Below are positions 63,123 to 64,000 of a DNA stretch of 64,000 bases, one piece after another. The DNA comes from Sphyrna mokarran (lineage: Eukaryota): the NCBI GenBank assembly GCA_024679065.1, contig JAGIQG010000013.1, positions 50,344,001-50,408,000 of the forward strand. Reading direction: 5' to 3'. The notes under the pieces were generated by a model. The model saw only the letters and a program-made list of their open reading frames with translations, was not told where the DNA came from and did not search any database. The first letter of the stretch is position 1. Each line of letters starts with the position of its first letter. The position numbers were made by a program, and so were the translations under genes.

Positions 63123-64000
63123 TTGGGTTGGGATCCTGAAATTATCCCTGTCTTTTCTTATTTTAATTGGGACACAATTAGATGCAAAAAGGGAGTCCAC
63201 TTGGATCTGTCTATAAGTAAATAAGATAATTAAAAAGCCAATTAAGAACTATGTTAACCTTCATTTCTGAACTTCCTCAACTTATTGGTTCCTCACCAAA
63301 TCACTGGGGCAAATGCTTGGTTCAAAGAGCATATGTTTTGAAACTCAACAGTTATGTCAACCCAACAGTGACCTGGCATTGCCAACTTGATACTACCAGG
63401 GCACATTCTCTGTGTTGTCCAATTGTGAGAGTCCCTCTATGTGTGAGGGGTTGCTTGTGCATCCCATCCTTGAGGGGGAGGGTCTCAATGACCTTGGGTG
63501 GGAACAATCCCAATGTCCCTGGGCAGAATATCCCAATGTCCTGAGGTGAGGGAAGGGTTCTGGGATCATGATGCCCATGGCCTCGAGAGAGGAGATTGTT
63601 TTAAACTTTGTATCTCTATTTCTCAGAGGGCAATTTCAGGCTATTCATCTATGATTTCCACCACCTCAGGGCTATACCTACTTTCATTGCCCTGTGTTAC
63701 GCCATGGAGGTGATTTTTCCCTTTGCTGATTTCAGAGCCTCCCCAAAGACATGTACCTCACCTTGTAATCTTGAGTAAGTATCGTAAGACCGTCTGAAGC
63801 TACTAGTTTTGGTAAATTAAAGCAGGATCTGCCACTCTCTATCATGAACAATTAATTGGTCTTTATTTTCAAAACTGGTGACAACATTATTAAGACAATT
63901 AACAAATTGAATAAATTCCCCAATAGAATGCTGTTCCAATTACAAGACTCATTTAGCAATAATGAAATAAATCATTACAGAATCTAGTCACTCTCAAATA

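Noticed and set aside
1-64000. CRISPR arrays, operons, rRNA or other prokaryotic/viral systems
   Set aside because: No regularly spaced repeats and no long intact ORFs; the content is vertebrate intronic DNA.

Overview
Vertebrate genomic DNA, almost certainly from a cartilaginous fish (shark), judged from HE1/V-SINE, HER1/CR1, Deu-SINE and Penelope-type repeats. It is AT-rich and mostly intronic. The only host coding sequence I can support is one short + strand exon (39918-40019, CDS 39938-40019) encoding MKFVIHLMILLYTSTIQSLKIVSKRGS. This matches the signal-peptide exon (first coding exon) of IL1RAPL1, so the window is probably the end of intron 1 and the start of intron 2 of this giant gene. 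Almost all ORFs in the supplied track are spurious or decayed retrotransposon fragments. I see no clear new multi-gene system. The best leads are: (1) a single-ORF CR1/L2-group LINE whose 5' end is a tRNA-like (pol III) head, with short SINE-like copies that look like its internal-deletion derivatives; (2) a near-perfect 158-bp inverted templated insertion with a stuttered target duplication; (3) two further local inverted duplications, one about 1.4 kb upstream of the exon; (4) Penelope-type palindromes with minimal hammerhead-ribozyme cores, plus a perfect 42-bp hairpin; (5) a 58-bp hAT/Charlie micro-MITE. Repeat boundaries and family names come from reading by eye and from memory of consensus sequences, so they are approximate unless a TSD is quoted.
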